Shown here piece by piece: positions 8,902-18,368 of a stretch of 64,000 nucleotides of DNA. This DNA comes from an uncultured Pseudomonadales bacterium (lineage in GTDB: Bacteria > Patescibacteriota > Microgenomatia > UBA1400 > PJMF01). Position numbers and translations under genes: made by a program. The notes under the pieces were generated by a model, which was given only the letters and a program-made list of their open reading frames with translations, ran no database searches and was not told the DNA's origin. Each line of letters starts with the position of its first letter. Position 1 is the first letter of the stretch. Location of the stretch: assembly GCA_964393205.1 (NCBI GenBank), contig CAYMSV010000003.1, positions 34,608 through 98,607 of the forward strand, in the 5' to 3' direction.

Positions 8902-10755
8902 ATGCAAATTCGTAATGTAGCGATCATCGCTCACGTTGATCACGGAAAAACTACTTTAATTGATGGGATGCTCAAACAGACCCATGCTTTTCGTGAAAAT
9001 CAGGCCGAGATGGAACAAGAAACCATACTTGATAGTAATGATTTAGAGCGAGAAAAAGGCATTACCATTTTAGCTAAAAATACCTCTATTCACTATCAGA
9101 GTTTAGCGGGTGAAAAGATAAAAATTAATATTATTGATACTCCAGGCCACGCAGACTTTGCAGGTGAAGTAGAGCGAGTGATCAGCATGGCTGATGGTGC
9201 CATTTTATTGGTTGATGCTGCTGAGGGGCCACTACCCCAAACCAAATTTGTTTTGGAGCAGGCCATTGAGCAAAAACTACCCATGATTGTTTTGATTAAC
9301 AAAATTGATCGTCAAGATGCTGAACCAGAAAAAGTTTTGGCTCAAGTTGAAGAACTATTTTTAAGTTTAGCAGACAACGCTGCCCAATTAGATTTTCCAG
9401 TTTTATATTCTGTTGGTAGGATAGGAAAAATTTGGCCAACACTGCCCGTTCAAGAACTAGGACAAACAGAAGCTTTAGCCAAAAAAACAGGCGACTTGAG
9501 ACCTTTATTTGAAGAAATCGTGCGCAGTATTCCAGCTCCTCAAACTAAGCCAGAAGCAGCTTTTAAAATGCAAGTATCAACCTTAGATTTTGATTCATAT
9601 AAAGGTATTTATGCCATTGGTAAGGTTACTCAGGGTTTAGTTAAGCGAGGTCAGCGTTTAGTAATTTTACAAGAACAAGAAAAAGTTGGTGAAATGACAG
9701 TGGCTCATTTACTGGAAAGTGACGGTTTAGACAAGGTAGAAATCGAACAATCTCGTCCTGGAGACATTATTGCCATCACTGGTTTAGATAAAATTGCTAT
9801 TGGTCAAACTTTAGCAGCTCTGGGTGAAACTGAGGGTTTCCCGATGATTAAAATTACTGAACCAACTCTTAAAATTCAAATTTCAGCCAATACTTCTCCA
9901 TTTGTTGGTAAAGAAAGTGAATTTTGTACAGTTCGTCAGTTAGCAGATCGTCTTAAGCGTGAACAAAAAACCAACTTAGGTTTGCGTATTGAACAGAAGG
10001 AGGGTGGAGTTTTTGTAGTAGCTGGGCGTGGAGAATTGCATTTATCTATTTTGATTGAGACCATGCGGCGAGAAGGTTATGAAATGGAGGTTGGTCGTCC
10101 TCAGGTGATTTTTAAAGAAATTGATGGAGTCAAACAAGAACCAATTGAGGAATTAATGGTTGAGATAGATCAAGCTTATGTGGGAGTAATTACTGAAGAG
10201 TTGGGTAAACGTCACGCTCAATTACAAGCGAGCTCTACTAGTCATAAGGGAGTTAGTCGAATGACTTACCATATTAGTAGCCGCAATCTTTTAGGATTTC
10301 GGACAGAGATTTTAACCAAAACCAAGGGCAATGGTTTATTCACTAGTTCTTTTTTGAAATATGCACCACTTCAAGGTAATAAGTTGAGGTTAAGAAATGG
10401 AGCTTTGATTGCTACTGAAGCTGGGATGGTAACAGCTTATGCATTAGAGAGTGTGCAACAGCGAGGTAAAACCTTTGTTAACCCTGGTGATCAAGTTTAT
10501 GAAGGACAGATAGTTGGTTTGTGTAAACAAAAGGGTGACTTAGATGTCAATGTTTGTAAAAGTAAAAAGCTAACTAATTTCCGCTCAAATGCTGACGTGA
10601 TGACGGTGCTTAATGCTCGAGTCGATTTAAGTCTCGAACAATGCTTAGATTTTATTGAGAATGATGAATTGCTCGAAGTTACTCCAGAAAATTTACGTTT
10701 ACGAAAACGCTACTTAAGTAAATTAGTTCGTAATAAAAAAACTCGTCCCCAATAA
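8902..10755 (+). CDS. typA: Translational GTPase TypA/BipA
   Basis: IAHVDHGKTT, DTPGHADF, NKID, GRGELHL and C-terminal ELLEVTP..LRLRK. Confidence 0.97.
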   Translation: MQIRNVAIIAHVDHGKTTLIDGMLKQTHAFRENQAEMEQETILDSNDLEREKGITILAKNTSIHYQSLAGEKIKINIIDTPGHADFAGEVERVISMADGAILLVDAAEGPLPQTKFVLEQAIEQKLPMIVLINKIDRQDAEPEKVLAQVEELFLSLADNAAQLDFPVLYSVGRIGKIWPTLPVQELGQTEALAKKTGDLRPLFEEIVRSIPAPQTKPEAAFKMQVSTLDFDSYKGIYAIGKVTQGLVKRGQRLVILQEQEKVGEMTVAHLLESDGLDKVEIEQSRPGDIIAITGLDKIAIGQTLAALGETEGFPMIKITEPTLKIQISANTSPFVGKESEFCTVRQLADRLKREQKTNLGLRIEQKEGGVFVVAGRGELHLSILIETMRREGYEMEVGRPQVIFKEIDGVKQEPIEELMVEIDQAYVGVITEELGKRHAQLQASSTSHKGVSRMTYHISSRNLLGFRTEILTKTKGNGLFTSSFLKYAPLQGNKLRLRNGALIATEAGMVTAYALESVQQRGKTFVNPGDQVYEGQIVGLCKQKGDLDVNVCKSKKLTNFRSNADVMTVLNARVDLSLEQCLDFIENDELLEVTPENLRLRKRYLSKLVRNKKTRPQ

Positions 10756-10788
10756 AGCATCTTTATAAATGGGTGTTAGAATAGGAGT

Positions 10789-12006
10789 ATGCCTTCGTTT
10801 AGCGAACCATTAGCCTCACTTTTGCGTCCTAAGAACCTTGAAGAATTTGTTGGTCAAACTCATTTGGTGGGAGAGGGAAAACCTCTTAGTGCGATGATTG
10901 CGCTCGGTGCGCCTTTTTCTTTGATTTTTTGGGGACCACCTGGGGTGGGTAAAACTACTTTGGCCAAAATTATTGCTAGAGAAACTGGTCGGTCTTTTAT
11001 TGAGTTATCTGCGGTCTCAGCTAGTAAAGCAGATGTAAGAAAGGTCTTAGAGCAAACTAAAGAGCAAAAGACTTTGCTTGAATCATATCAAGCACCGGTG
11101 CTTTTTTTGGATGAAATTCATCGTTTCAATAAAGCTCAGCAAGACTTTTTATTACCCAGTGTTGAAAGCGGTCAAATTGTTTTAATTGGTGCTACCACTG
11201 AGAACCCATCTTTTGAAGTAATTGCTCCACTCTTATCTAGAATGAGGGTTTTTGTCTTGCATGCCCTCAAAGATGAAGATTTATTAGAAATAATTAAAAA
11301 AGCTCTTAAATTATTGAAGATCAAAAAAATAGCCAGTGCTAGTCAAGATTTTTTACTAAATTATGCCGATGGTGATGCGCGCAGACTATTAACCATTATA
11401 GATAACACCTATGCTCTTTATGGAGATCTTAAATTAAAATCACTCAAAAATGCTTTGCAATCCAAGCAGATTTTATATGATAAAAAGGGTGAAGAACACT
11501 ACAATATTATTAGTGCTTTTATCAAGAGTTTGCGGGCTAGCGATGTTGATAGTGCTCTTTACTATTTGGCAAGAATGGTTAAGGCTGGAGAAGATCCAAA
11601 ATTTATTGCTAGGAGAATGGTAATTTTTGCTAGTGAAGATGTTGGTATGGCACAGCCAACAGCGATAGTGGTTGCCAATGAGGTTTTTGAGGCTGTGATG
11701 AAAATTGGTTATCCAGAAGCGCAAATAAGTTTAGCTCATGGAGTGGTTTATTTAGCCCTGGCTAAAAAAGATCGAAGTGCTTATGATGCCTATTTTGCTG
11801 CTCTCTCTGATGTAGAAAAACAGGGTAATTTAGCCATTCCTCTTAAGCTACGCAATGCTCCAACCAAATTAATGAAAAATTTAAAATATGGTGAGGGTTA
11901 TCAAATGTATAAACCCGGCAGAGATGAAAAAAAAGAGAGCTATTTGCCAGACAAACTTAAGGGCAAAAAATATTATAAGCCAAAAAATAAAAGCCATCTT
12001 GAGTAA
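10789..12006 (+). CDS. rarA: Replication-associated recombination protein A (RarA/MgsA)
   Basis: WGPPGVGKTT, DEIHRFNKAQQD, ATTENPSF, SAFIKS and LRNAPT motifs. Confidence 0.95.
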   Translation: MPSFSEPLASLLRPKNLEEFVGQTHLVGEGKPLSAMIALGAPFSLIFWGPPGVGKTTLAKIIARETGRSFIELSAVSASKADVRKVLEQTKEQKTLLESYQAPVLFLDEIHRFNKAQQDFLLPSVESGQIVLIGATTENPSFEVIAPLLSRMRVFVLHALKDEDLLEIIKKALKLLKIKKIASASQDFLLNYADGDARRLLTIIDNTYALYGDLKLKSLKNALQSKQILYDKKGEEHYNIISAFIKSLRASDVDSALYYLARMVKAGEDPKFIARRMVIFASEDVGMAQPTAIVVANEVFEAVMKIGYPEAQISLAHGVVYLALAKKDRSAYDAYFAALSDVEKQGNLAIPLKLRNAPTKLMKNLKYGEGYQMYKPGRDEKKESYLPDKLKGKKYYKPKNKSHLE

Positions 12007-12130
12007 AACACAATTTTTACTCTTAAAGATGATTATTTACTAATTTACCAATCTTTTTTATTTATTGTTTTCTTAATATCTAGCTGATATAATAAATTTT
12101 TACCTAATTAATAATAATCGAAAGGTTAAA

Positions 12131-12853
12131 ATGTCAGAAAAAGACTTGCAAAATTGTTGTGGCTGTTGTCAATGTGCTGATTGTGATTGTGCAACAATTA
12201 ATACTACTTTCCCCTTAATTGGTGATAAATTTCCAGAGATGGAAGCCCATAGTACTCATGGTCGCTTATCTTTCCCCAAAGACTTAATGGGTAAGTGGAC
12301 GGTGCTCTTTAGTCATCCAGCCGATTTTACGCCAGTTTGTACTACAGAGTTTGTATCTTTTGCCAAATATGCGCCAGAATTTAAAAAAATTAATACTCAA
12401 TTAATTGGTTTATCTATTGATCAGGTTTTTTCTCATATCAAATGGGTGGAATGGATTAAAGATAAGCTAGACATTAAAATTCCTTTCCCGATTATCTCTG
12501 ATAATACTGGTCGTGTGGGTAAACGTCTGGGGATGATTCATGAAAAACAAGGCACAGATACGGTGAGAGCTGTTTTTGTCATGGATGAAAAGGCCAAGAT
12601 TCGCTTAATTCTTTATTATCCTCAAGAAGTAGGGCGCAATATGGCAGAAATTCTGCGAGCAGTTAAAGCTTTGCAGTTTTCTACGGCCAATAAGGTTGCT
12701 ATGCCAGCTAATTGGCCAGAGAATGAGTTAGTCGGCGATCATGTAATTATTCCTCCAGCTACAACTGAAGCTGAAGCCAAAAGTAGAGCTGGAAAAAAAG
12801 ACTGTTATGATTGGTGGTTTTGTCATAAAAAGATAGCGACTAAAAAGAAATAA
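12131..12853 (+). CDS. Peroxiredoxin (Prx6-type) with Cys-rich N-terminal extension
   Basis: [14 protein letters not shown] and C-terminal CYDWWFC. Confidence 0.92.
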   Translation: MSEKDLQNCCGCCQCADCDCATINTTFPLIGDKFPEMEAHSTHGRLSFPKDLMGKWTVLFSHPADFTPVCTTEFVSFAKYAPEFKKINTQLIGLSIDQVFSHIKWVEWIKDKLDIKIPFPIISDNTGRVGKRLGMIHEKQGTDTVRAVFVMDEKAKIRLILYYPQEVGRNMAEILRAVKALQFSTANKVAMPANWPENELVGDHVIIPPATTEAEAKSRAGKKDCYDWWFCHKKIATKKK

Positions 12854-12869
12854 ATTTCTTATATAAATT

Positions 12870-12897
12870 GGCCCCTGTTTTGACAGGGGCTTTTTTT
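12870..12897 (+). terminator. Intrinsic terminator
   Basis: GCCCCTGT-TTTG-ACAGGGGC followed by T7. Confidence 0.8.
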
Positions 12898-12943
12898 CAT
12901 TTGTTCTAATTATAGAAGTGGCTTATAATAACAACTTGAGTGA

Positions 12944-13017
12944 GCGCCCATAGCTCAGCTGGATAGAGCGTTTGTTTGCGGAACAAAAGGCCAGAGGTTC
13001 GAATCCTCTTGGGCGCA
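12944..13017 (+). tRNA. tRNA-Arg(GCG)
   Basis: Cloverleaf: GCGCCCA/TGGGCGC acceptor, D-loop GGATA (A20), TTTGT-TTGCGGA-ACAAA anticodon arm, TTCGAAT T-loop; CCA not encoded. Confidence 0.93.
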
Positions 13018-13103
13018 CAATTGGTTTTTAAATTAATTTTTTTTGGTAAGCTTGTTTGATTTTTATTGGTTTTTTTCGCCCATTGGTTTACAATACAAAG
13101 ATT

Positions 13104-13268
13104 ATGAGAAAAGAACATAAAGAATCTGCCACGGCGGTTGTTATTCGTCAGCTGTCACAAATTCAACAGAGTGGTTGTAAATGTGATGAGACCAATAAAA
13201 AGATATGGTCTGACACAGCAGAAGTTCGCGCAGCGGATAATCAAAAAAATAAAAAAAGCAGCAACTAA
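13104..13268 (+). CDS. Small hypothetical protein between tRNAs (MRKEHKESAT...)
   Basis: ATG shortly after a TACAAT -10-like box; no recognisable motif. Confidence 0.4.
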   Translation: MRKEHKESATAVVIRQLSQIQQSGCKCDETNKKIWSDTAEVRAADNQKNKKSSN

Positions 13269-13282
13269 GACGATCTGCTTAA

Positions 13283-13369
13283 GGAAGGGTCGCATAGCGG
13301 CTATTGCATCAGCCTCGAAAACTGACGCCCTTTTGGGCATCGCGGGTTCGAGTCCCGCCCCTTCCGCCA
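13283..13369 (+). tRNA. tRNA-Ser(CGA)
   Basis: GGAAGGG/CCCTTCC acceptor, CTCGAAA anticodon loop, long variable arm GCCC-TTTT-GGGC, TTCGAGT T-loop, G73 and encoded CCA. Confidence 0.93.
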
Positions 13370-13377
13370 AGCGAATT

Positions 13378-13404
13378 CCTGGCGGATGGCCCCCGAGCCA
13401 CCGC
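13378..13404 (+). repeat. Conserved GC-rich trailer hairpin after tRNA-Ser, copy 1
   Basis: CCTGGCGGATGGCCCCCGAGCCACCGC is 26/27 identical to 19440-19466. Confidence 0.85.
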
Positions 13405-13432
13405 CGTCAAGCGAGCATACTAAGTTATTATC

Positions 13433-14098
13433 ATGAAAAAACTCATTATTTCAGATACCCATCTTGGAAAGTTTAATAAAAAACAATTTAGTTTTTTAAA
13501 GGATCTTATCAGTTCCGTTGACGAAGTAATTATCAATGGTGATTTTTGGGACAGTTGGTGTGTTTCTTTTGAAAAATTTGTTAATTCAGGGTGGCAGCAA
13601 CTATTCGATTTATTGTTAGAAAAAAACACTATTTATATTCACGGCAACCACGACCCCAAGCATTTGTGCGATGAACGTTGTTCCTTATTTGCTGTAGAAA
13701 CCCATGATAGTTATGAATTTGAGTTTTTGGGTAAAAAATTTCATTGCGAACATGGTCATCGTTTAATGACTGGTTTTGACATGGGTAAATTTATTAATTT
13801 TTATAATAAGATTTTACATCGTAGACCTAAATTTCTTTGTTATGTTATTGCTAAATTAGAAAGATTACTTTTTAATTTATTTCCAAAAATTGCTAAACAC
13901 TCAAAAGTTGGTCAGCGTACTAATAAAATACTTAAGAAAAATTCTAAAGTTGAATATATAAATATTTTTGGTCATTCACACAATCCAACTCTGGATTATG
14001 AAAATAATTTTATCAATACAGGTTCAATTATGTGTAAAAATGCTAGTTATGTTCTTATTGATGATGAAAAAATTCACTTGGAAAAAAAGAGATATTAG
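13433..14098 (+). CDS. Calcineurin-like metallophosphoesterase (LpxH-like)
   Basis: ISDTHLG, NGDFWD, GNHD, EHGH and GHSH motifs. Confidence 0.9.
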   Translation: MKKLIISDTHLGKFNKKQFSFLKDLISSVDEVIINGDFWDSWCVSFEKFVNSGWQQLFDLLLEKNTIYIHGNHDPKHLCDERCSLFAVETHDSYEFEFLGKKFHCEHGHRLMTGFDMGKFINFYNKILHRRPKFLCYVIAKLERLLFNLFPKIAKHSKVGQRTNKILKKNSKVEYINIFGHSHNPTLDYENNFINTGSIMCKNASYVLIDDEKIHLEKKRY

Positions 14099-14154
14099 GC
14101 TTAAGTTTAATTTTTAAACTGGTGGCTTGAATAAAAATTTGTTAATATGATTTT

Positions 14155-14613
14155 ATGGAAGCCCTCACTTGTCTCAAAACTAGAAGGTCAATTAGAAAAT
14201 ACAAAAATACGTCTGTTTCTCAAGAAATTATTGACGACATTCTTGAATGTGCGCGCAGCGCTCCTTCGGCCAACAATTCACGACCTTGGCATTTTATTGT
14301 GGTGCGAGACCAAGCTCAAAAAGAAAAATTGTCTCAGGTTCAGCCTTGGGCTTCTTTTGTAGCAGATGCTCCGGTTTGTATTGTTTTGTGTATGACTAGC
14401 GCTGGCTCAGACTTTTCGCCATCAAACTATCTAAGTGTGGCTTGTGCAGGTGAAAATATTTTGTTGGCGGCTCATGCTCATGGATTAGGCAGTTGTTGGG
14501 CTTACGTTAAAGATTTTAATAATACTAGTGTTGAAGAAAAAGCCAGAACTGTTTTAAAAGTTTCAGAAGATTTAGAAATTATTGCCCTTTTTCCCATTGG
14601 CTATCCTGTATAA
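14155..14613 (+). CDS. Nitroreductase family protein
   Basis: RRSIRKY, APSANNSRPW and GLGSCW motifs. Confidence 0.92.
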   Translation: MEALTCLKTRRSIRKYKNTSVSQEIIDDILECARSAPSANNSRPWHFIVVRDQAQKEKLSQVQPWASFVADAPVCIVLCMTSAGSDFSPSNYLSVACAGENILLAAHAHGLGSCWAYVKDFNNTSVEEKARTVLKVSEDLEIIALFPIGYPV

Positions 14614-14621
14614 TCCTCTTC

Positions 14622-15431
14622 ATGAAAAGAAAACAAAAAAAGTTAGGTTTAGCTTTAGGTTGCGGTGGTTGGAGAGGCTTGGCTCATATTGGTGTAATTG
14701 AGGAGTTATTGAAAAATGATATTGAGATTAGTTATATAGCTGGTAGTAGTGCTGGAGCTCTGGTCGGTGGCATGTATGCAGCTTTTCAAGATATTGAAAA
14801 AGTAGAATCAATATTTCGAGAAAATATGAATTATCGACGTGTACTCTATGCTTTTTCTGATCCTCGACCAAAATGGGGAATTTTTGGTGGTGAAAAAATG
14901 GAGAAAATTTTTAAAAAATACTTAGGTAATCGTCAAATAGAAGATTTACCAATTCCTTTTTGCGCGATGGCTTGTGACCTGTTAACTGGTAAAGCTATAG
15001 AATTAAAAGCCGGCAACTTGGCTAAAGCCATTCATGCCAGTCTAGCTGTGCCATTTTTTTTACAACCGGTTAAGTGGGGTAAGATGCGCCTTATTGATGG
15101 AGGAACAGCGGTACCGATTCCAGTTAAAACAGCTCAACAGATGGGAGCAGAGGTAGTGATTGGAGTTAATTTACAAAAAAACCATTTTCCGATGACAGAT
15201 CATAAGATGTCTGCTTTTAAGACAGCCCTTAAAACTTCTCAAGTAATGCTTTATCACTTGGCCCAATACACTCAAGAGCCAGCAGACTTAGTGTTGCAAC
15301 CAGATATTAATGAAAGCGGCGATTATAGCAATCCCTTTTTGGGTTTTGTTAAACGAGGGGATGTATTTTCTGATGGAGAAGAAGTGGTGAAAAATAATAT
15401 AGAAGTTATTAAAAAATTATTATTTGTTTAA
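14622..15431 (+). CDS. Patatin-like phospholipase (RssA-like)
   Basis: GCGGWRG, GSSAG and DGG motifs. Confidence 0.92.
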   Translation: MKRKQKKLGLALGCGGWRGLAHIGVIEELLKNDIEISYIAGSSAGALVGGMYAAFQDIEKVESIFRENMNYRRVLYAFSDPRPKWGIFGGEKMEKIFKKYLGNRQIEDLPIPFCAMACDLLTGKAIELKAGNLAKAIHASLAVPFFLQPVKWGKMRLIDGGTAVPIPVKTAQQMGAEVVIGVNLQKNHFPMTDHKMSAFKTALKTSQVMLYHLAQYTQEPADLVLQPDINESGDYSNPFLGFVKRGDVFSDGEEVVKNNIEVIKKLLFV

Positions 15432-15435
15432 AAAA

Positions 15436-16173
15436 ATGAGTCAAATTGCTAAAAAAATTATTCTAGCTATTAAAAAAGAAGCAGATCCTCAAAAAGCTAA
15501 ACACTTGCAACGTTTTTTTAAAACTGGTCCGGGAGAATATGGTGAGGGCGATTTATTTTTAGGTTTAACTGTTCCCACTCAACGAAGTATTGTTAAGAAT
15601 TTTAAAAACAGACTAAACCTTAAGGATTTAAAAGTACTTATTGTTAATCCTTATCATGAAGTTCGTTTGGTTGGTTTGCTGTTGTTAGTAGAGTTTTTTA
15701 AAAAGGCTTCTAATCAGTTAGAAAAAAAAGTTTTAGTTGATTTTTATTTGGATCATTCCTCTTATATTAATAATTGGGATTTAGTTGATTTATCTGCTTA
15801 TAAAATTATTGGTCAATATTTATTTGAAATAAATCAGGAAAAAAAATTACAGAAAATTCCAAAATTATTAAGTAGTTTAGCTAAATCAGATTTGTTATGG
15901 GATAGGCGAATTGCTATATTATCTACTTTTCCTTTTGTCAGAGCGGGTCAATTTTTACCAACTTTGGAATTAGCTAAAATCTTAATTAATGATCAAGAAG
16001 ATTTAATGCACAAGGCGGTTGGTTGGCTACTACGTGAAGTGGGCAAGCGAGACGAACAGGTTTTAACTACTTTTTTAGACGAATATACTTTAGAAATGCC
16101 ACGCACCATGTTGCGCTATGCTATTGAAAAATTTCCTGAGAAAAAAAGACAGTTTTATTTAAAGAAAACTTAA
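15436..16173 (+). CDS. DNA alkylation repair protein (AlkD family)
   Basis: FFKTGPGEYGEGD, NNWDLVD, KAVGWLLRE and PRTMLRYAIE motifs. Confidence 0.92.
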   Translation: MSQIAKKIILAIKKEADPQKAKHLQRFFKTGPGEYGEGDLFLGLTVPTQRSIVKNFKNRLNLKDLKVLIVNPYHEVRLVGLLLLVEFFKKASNQLEKKVLVDFYLDHSSYINNWDLVDLSAYKIIGQYLFEINQEKKLQKIPKLLSSLAKSDLLWDRRIAILSTFPFVRAGQFLPTLELAKILINDQEDLMHKAVGWLLREVGKRDEQVLTTFLDEYTLEMPRTMLRYAIEKFPEKKRQFYLKKT

Positions 16174-16403
16174 GCAGGCTTGTGAACGTAAAAGACCTGA
16201 TCACTAATGGGGAAATCTGATTCATTAAAAACTTCATTCTTAAGTGAACGAATAACAATCATTGAAGCTCCTGGTATTTCTTTAACAATTTCTGCAATTA
16301 GTTTTTTATTAACAAAATATGGTTCCGCATCACTACCAGCTCCTGCATGGATAGAATCTCCTTTGTGTAGAGTAATTTTTTTGATTTTTTCTGTCATAAT
16401 CAA
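16170..16403 (-). CDS. Small hypothetical protein
   Basis: ORF track only. Confidence 0.45.
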   Translation of the reverse strand: MIMTEKIKKITLHKGDSIHAGAGSDAEPYFVNKKLIAEIVKEIPGASMIVIRSLKNEVFNESDFPISDQVFYVHKPA

Positions 16404-16463
16404 TTATTATATCAATTTATATCAAATAGTGAAGACAAATTTATTTTTTAATTATTTTAACTA

Positions 16464-16665
16464 TTGCCTTCTCAAAAAATAAAAACTACAATGACCGATG
16501 GTGTTGAGCTCTCGTTTAGATATAAACCAGATTAGATTTGATAAAAAACGCCTAAATAGGCGTTTTTCTATGGTCACTTTTTTGACCAAAGAAATATTAG
16601 ACACCAAAAAGCAAGCTAAGGCTTGCTTTTTTTATAACCTTAAAGTTAGTTTAAATATTAATTAG
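16464..16665 (+). promoter_or_regulatory. Promoter and structured leader of argG (two hairpins, candidate uORF 16498-16665)
   Basis: TTGCCT-N17-TACAAT at 16464-16492; hairpins AAAAACGCCTA/TAGGCGTTTTT and AAAAAGCAAGC/GCTTGCTTTTT plus T-run. Confidence 0.5.
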
Positions 16666-16685
16666 TTTACGGAAAGTCAACAACT

Positions 16686-18368
16686 ATGGAGCAAGATTCA
16701 AGCTACACCAAAGTTTCTACTTATGAGGGACGCAAGGGGATGGTTAAAAAAGTGGTGCTTTTGTATTCTGGTGGACTTGATACTTCAGTGATGCTGCGTT
16801 GGATTAAAGAAGAATATGGGGCTCAGGTGGTAGCTTTGACTATAGATATTGGTCAACAAGCTGACGATTTAGAAGAAATGCGTAAAAAAGCATTGAAAAT
16901 TGGTGCGGTCAAAGCAATTGTCATTGATGCTAAAAAAGAATTTGCCTATCACTATCTCGCTAAGGGTATTAAGGCTAATGCTAGTTATCAGGGCAAATAT
17001 CATTTAAGCACCCCTTTAGGTCGACCTTTACTAGCAAAATTAGCAGTCGAAGTAGCTCGCGCCGAGGGTTGTGACACTATCGCTCATGGTTGCACTGGCA
17101 AAGGCAATGATCAAGTTCGATTGGAGGGCACTATTTTAACCCTAGCTCCAGAAATGAAAATAATTGCTCCAGTTAGAGAATGGAGTATGGGCCGTGATGA
17201 AGAATTAGCCTATGCTAAAAAACACAAAATACCGGTTAAACAAACCAAGGACAAACCTTATTCTTATGATGATAATATGTGGGGAGTAACCATTGAAAGT
17301 GGTGAGATTGAAAATCCAGCTCTTATTCCTCCTTTAGACAAAATTCTTCAAGTGAGTCGGGTTATTGAAAAAACCCCAGATAAACCAAAATATATCAAAC
17401 TAACTTTTGTTAGAGGTCTACCAACTAAAATTGATGATAAAACCATGAATTTAGTAGAGATTATTCGATTTTTAAATCAAATGGGTGGCAAGCATGGGGT
17501 TGGAGTAACTCATCATATTGAAGATCGATTGGTAGGATTGAAAGTGCGAGGTATTTATGAAGCGCCGGCAGCAGAAATTATTATTAACGCCCATCTTAAT
17601 TTGGAAAAATATGTCTGTACCCGTCGAGAAAATGAATTTAAAAATGAAATTGACAATAAGTGGGCTTATCTCTGTTATGGGGCACTTTGGTATGAGCCAC
17701 TGATGGAGAGTTTAAATGCTTTTATTAATCAAGTTAATGATAAGGTGAGTGGGACAGTAACAGTTAAGTTGTTTAAAGGGATAGCTGAAGTAGTGGCAGT
17801 TGAAACTGCTAATAGCATTTTCGATGAAAAACTAGCTACTTTTATGAAGAACGATGCTTACAATCAAAACGCTTCTCCAGGTTTTATTGAGATTTATACT
17901 CTACAGATGCGTTTAGCTCAAAACAAACATCGCTATGCGCTGCTAACTATTGGAGAAGACAAAAATAAAAAAGCCTTTTTACCTTATGTAAAAATTTTAG
18001 CCAAACTCGGTTATAACTTCTATGCAACGGAAAATACGCATAAGTTTTATAAAAAACACGGTATTGAATCAGTTTTTATTTATAAGATGCATCAGAAAAA
18101 ATATCCTAACCTAGAGGAATTATTGCAACAAAATTTCTTTGATTTAATTATTCATGCTCCTTATAAAAATAAACCAGAGAATGCTAAAGATGAAGAAGTG
18201 ATCAGAAAATGGACAGTTAAGCACAGCATTCCCGTTGTTAATGATGCTAGAGTATTTAAGGTTTTAACCGATAAATTACAAAAACACATCGTTGCCGTTA
18301 AAAAGGAACAAAAAGATGAAGAAAAAGCAAAATTGGAATTTGAAAAATCTCGTTCTAGAAAAAATTAA
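16686..18368 (+). CDS. argG: Argininosuccinate synthase fused to a C-terminal MGS-like domain
   Basis: LYSGGLDTS, HGCTGKGNDQVR and RGIYEAP motifs; extra ~140 aa (LGYNFYATENTHKFYKKHGI...FDLII) resembling the CarB MGS domain. Confidence 0.9.
   Translation: MEQDSSYTKVSTYEGRKGMVKKVVLLYSGGLDTSVMLRWIKEEYGAQVVALTIDIGQQADDLEEMRKKALKIGAVKAIVIDAKKEFAYHYLAKGIKANASYQGKYHLSTPLGRPLLAKLAVEVARAEGCDTIAHGCTGKGNDQVRLEGTILTLAPEMKIIAPVREWSMGRDEELAYAKKHKIPVKQTKDKPYSYDDNMWGVTIESGEIENPALIPPLDKILQVSRVIEKTPDKPKYIKLTFVRGLPTKIDDKTMNLVEIIRFLNQMGGKHGVGVTHHIEDRLVGLKVRGIYEAPAAEIIINAHLNLEKYVCTRRENEFKNEIDNKWAYLCYGALWYEPLMESLNAFINQVNDKVSGTVTVKLFKGIAEVVAVETANSIFDEKLATFMKNDAYNQNASPGFIEIYTLQMRLAQNKHRYALLTIGEDKNKKAFLPYVKILAKLGYNFYATENTHKFYKKHGIESVFIYKMHQKKYPNLEELLQQNFFDLIIHAPYKNKPENAKDEEVIRKWTVKHSIPVVNDARVFKVLTDKLQKHIVAVKKEQKDEEKAKLEFEKSRSRKN

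Noticed and set aside
12906-13476. ORFs 12906-13118, 13138-13476 and 13155-13370 (likewise 19227-19463 and 19339-19548)
   Set aside because: These are shadow ORFs across tRNA genes
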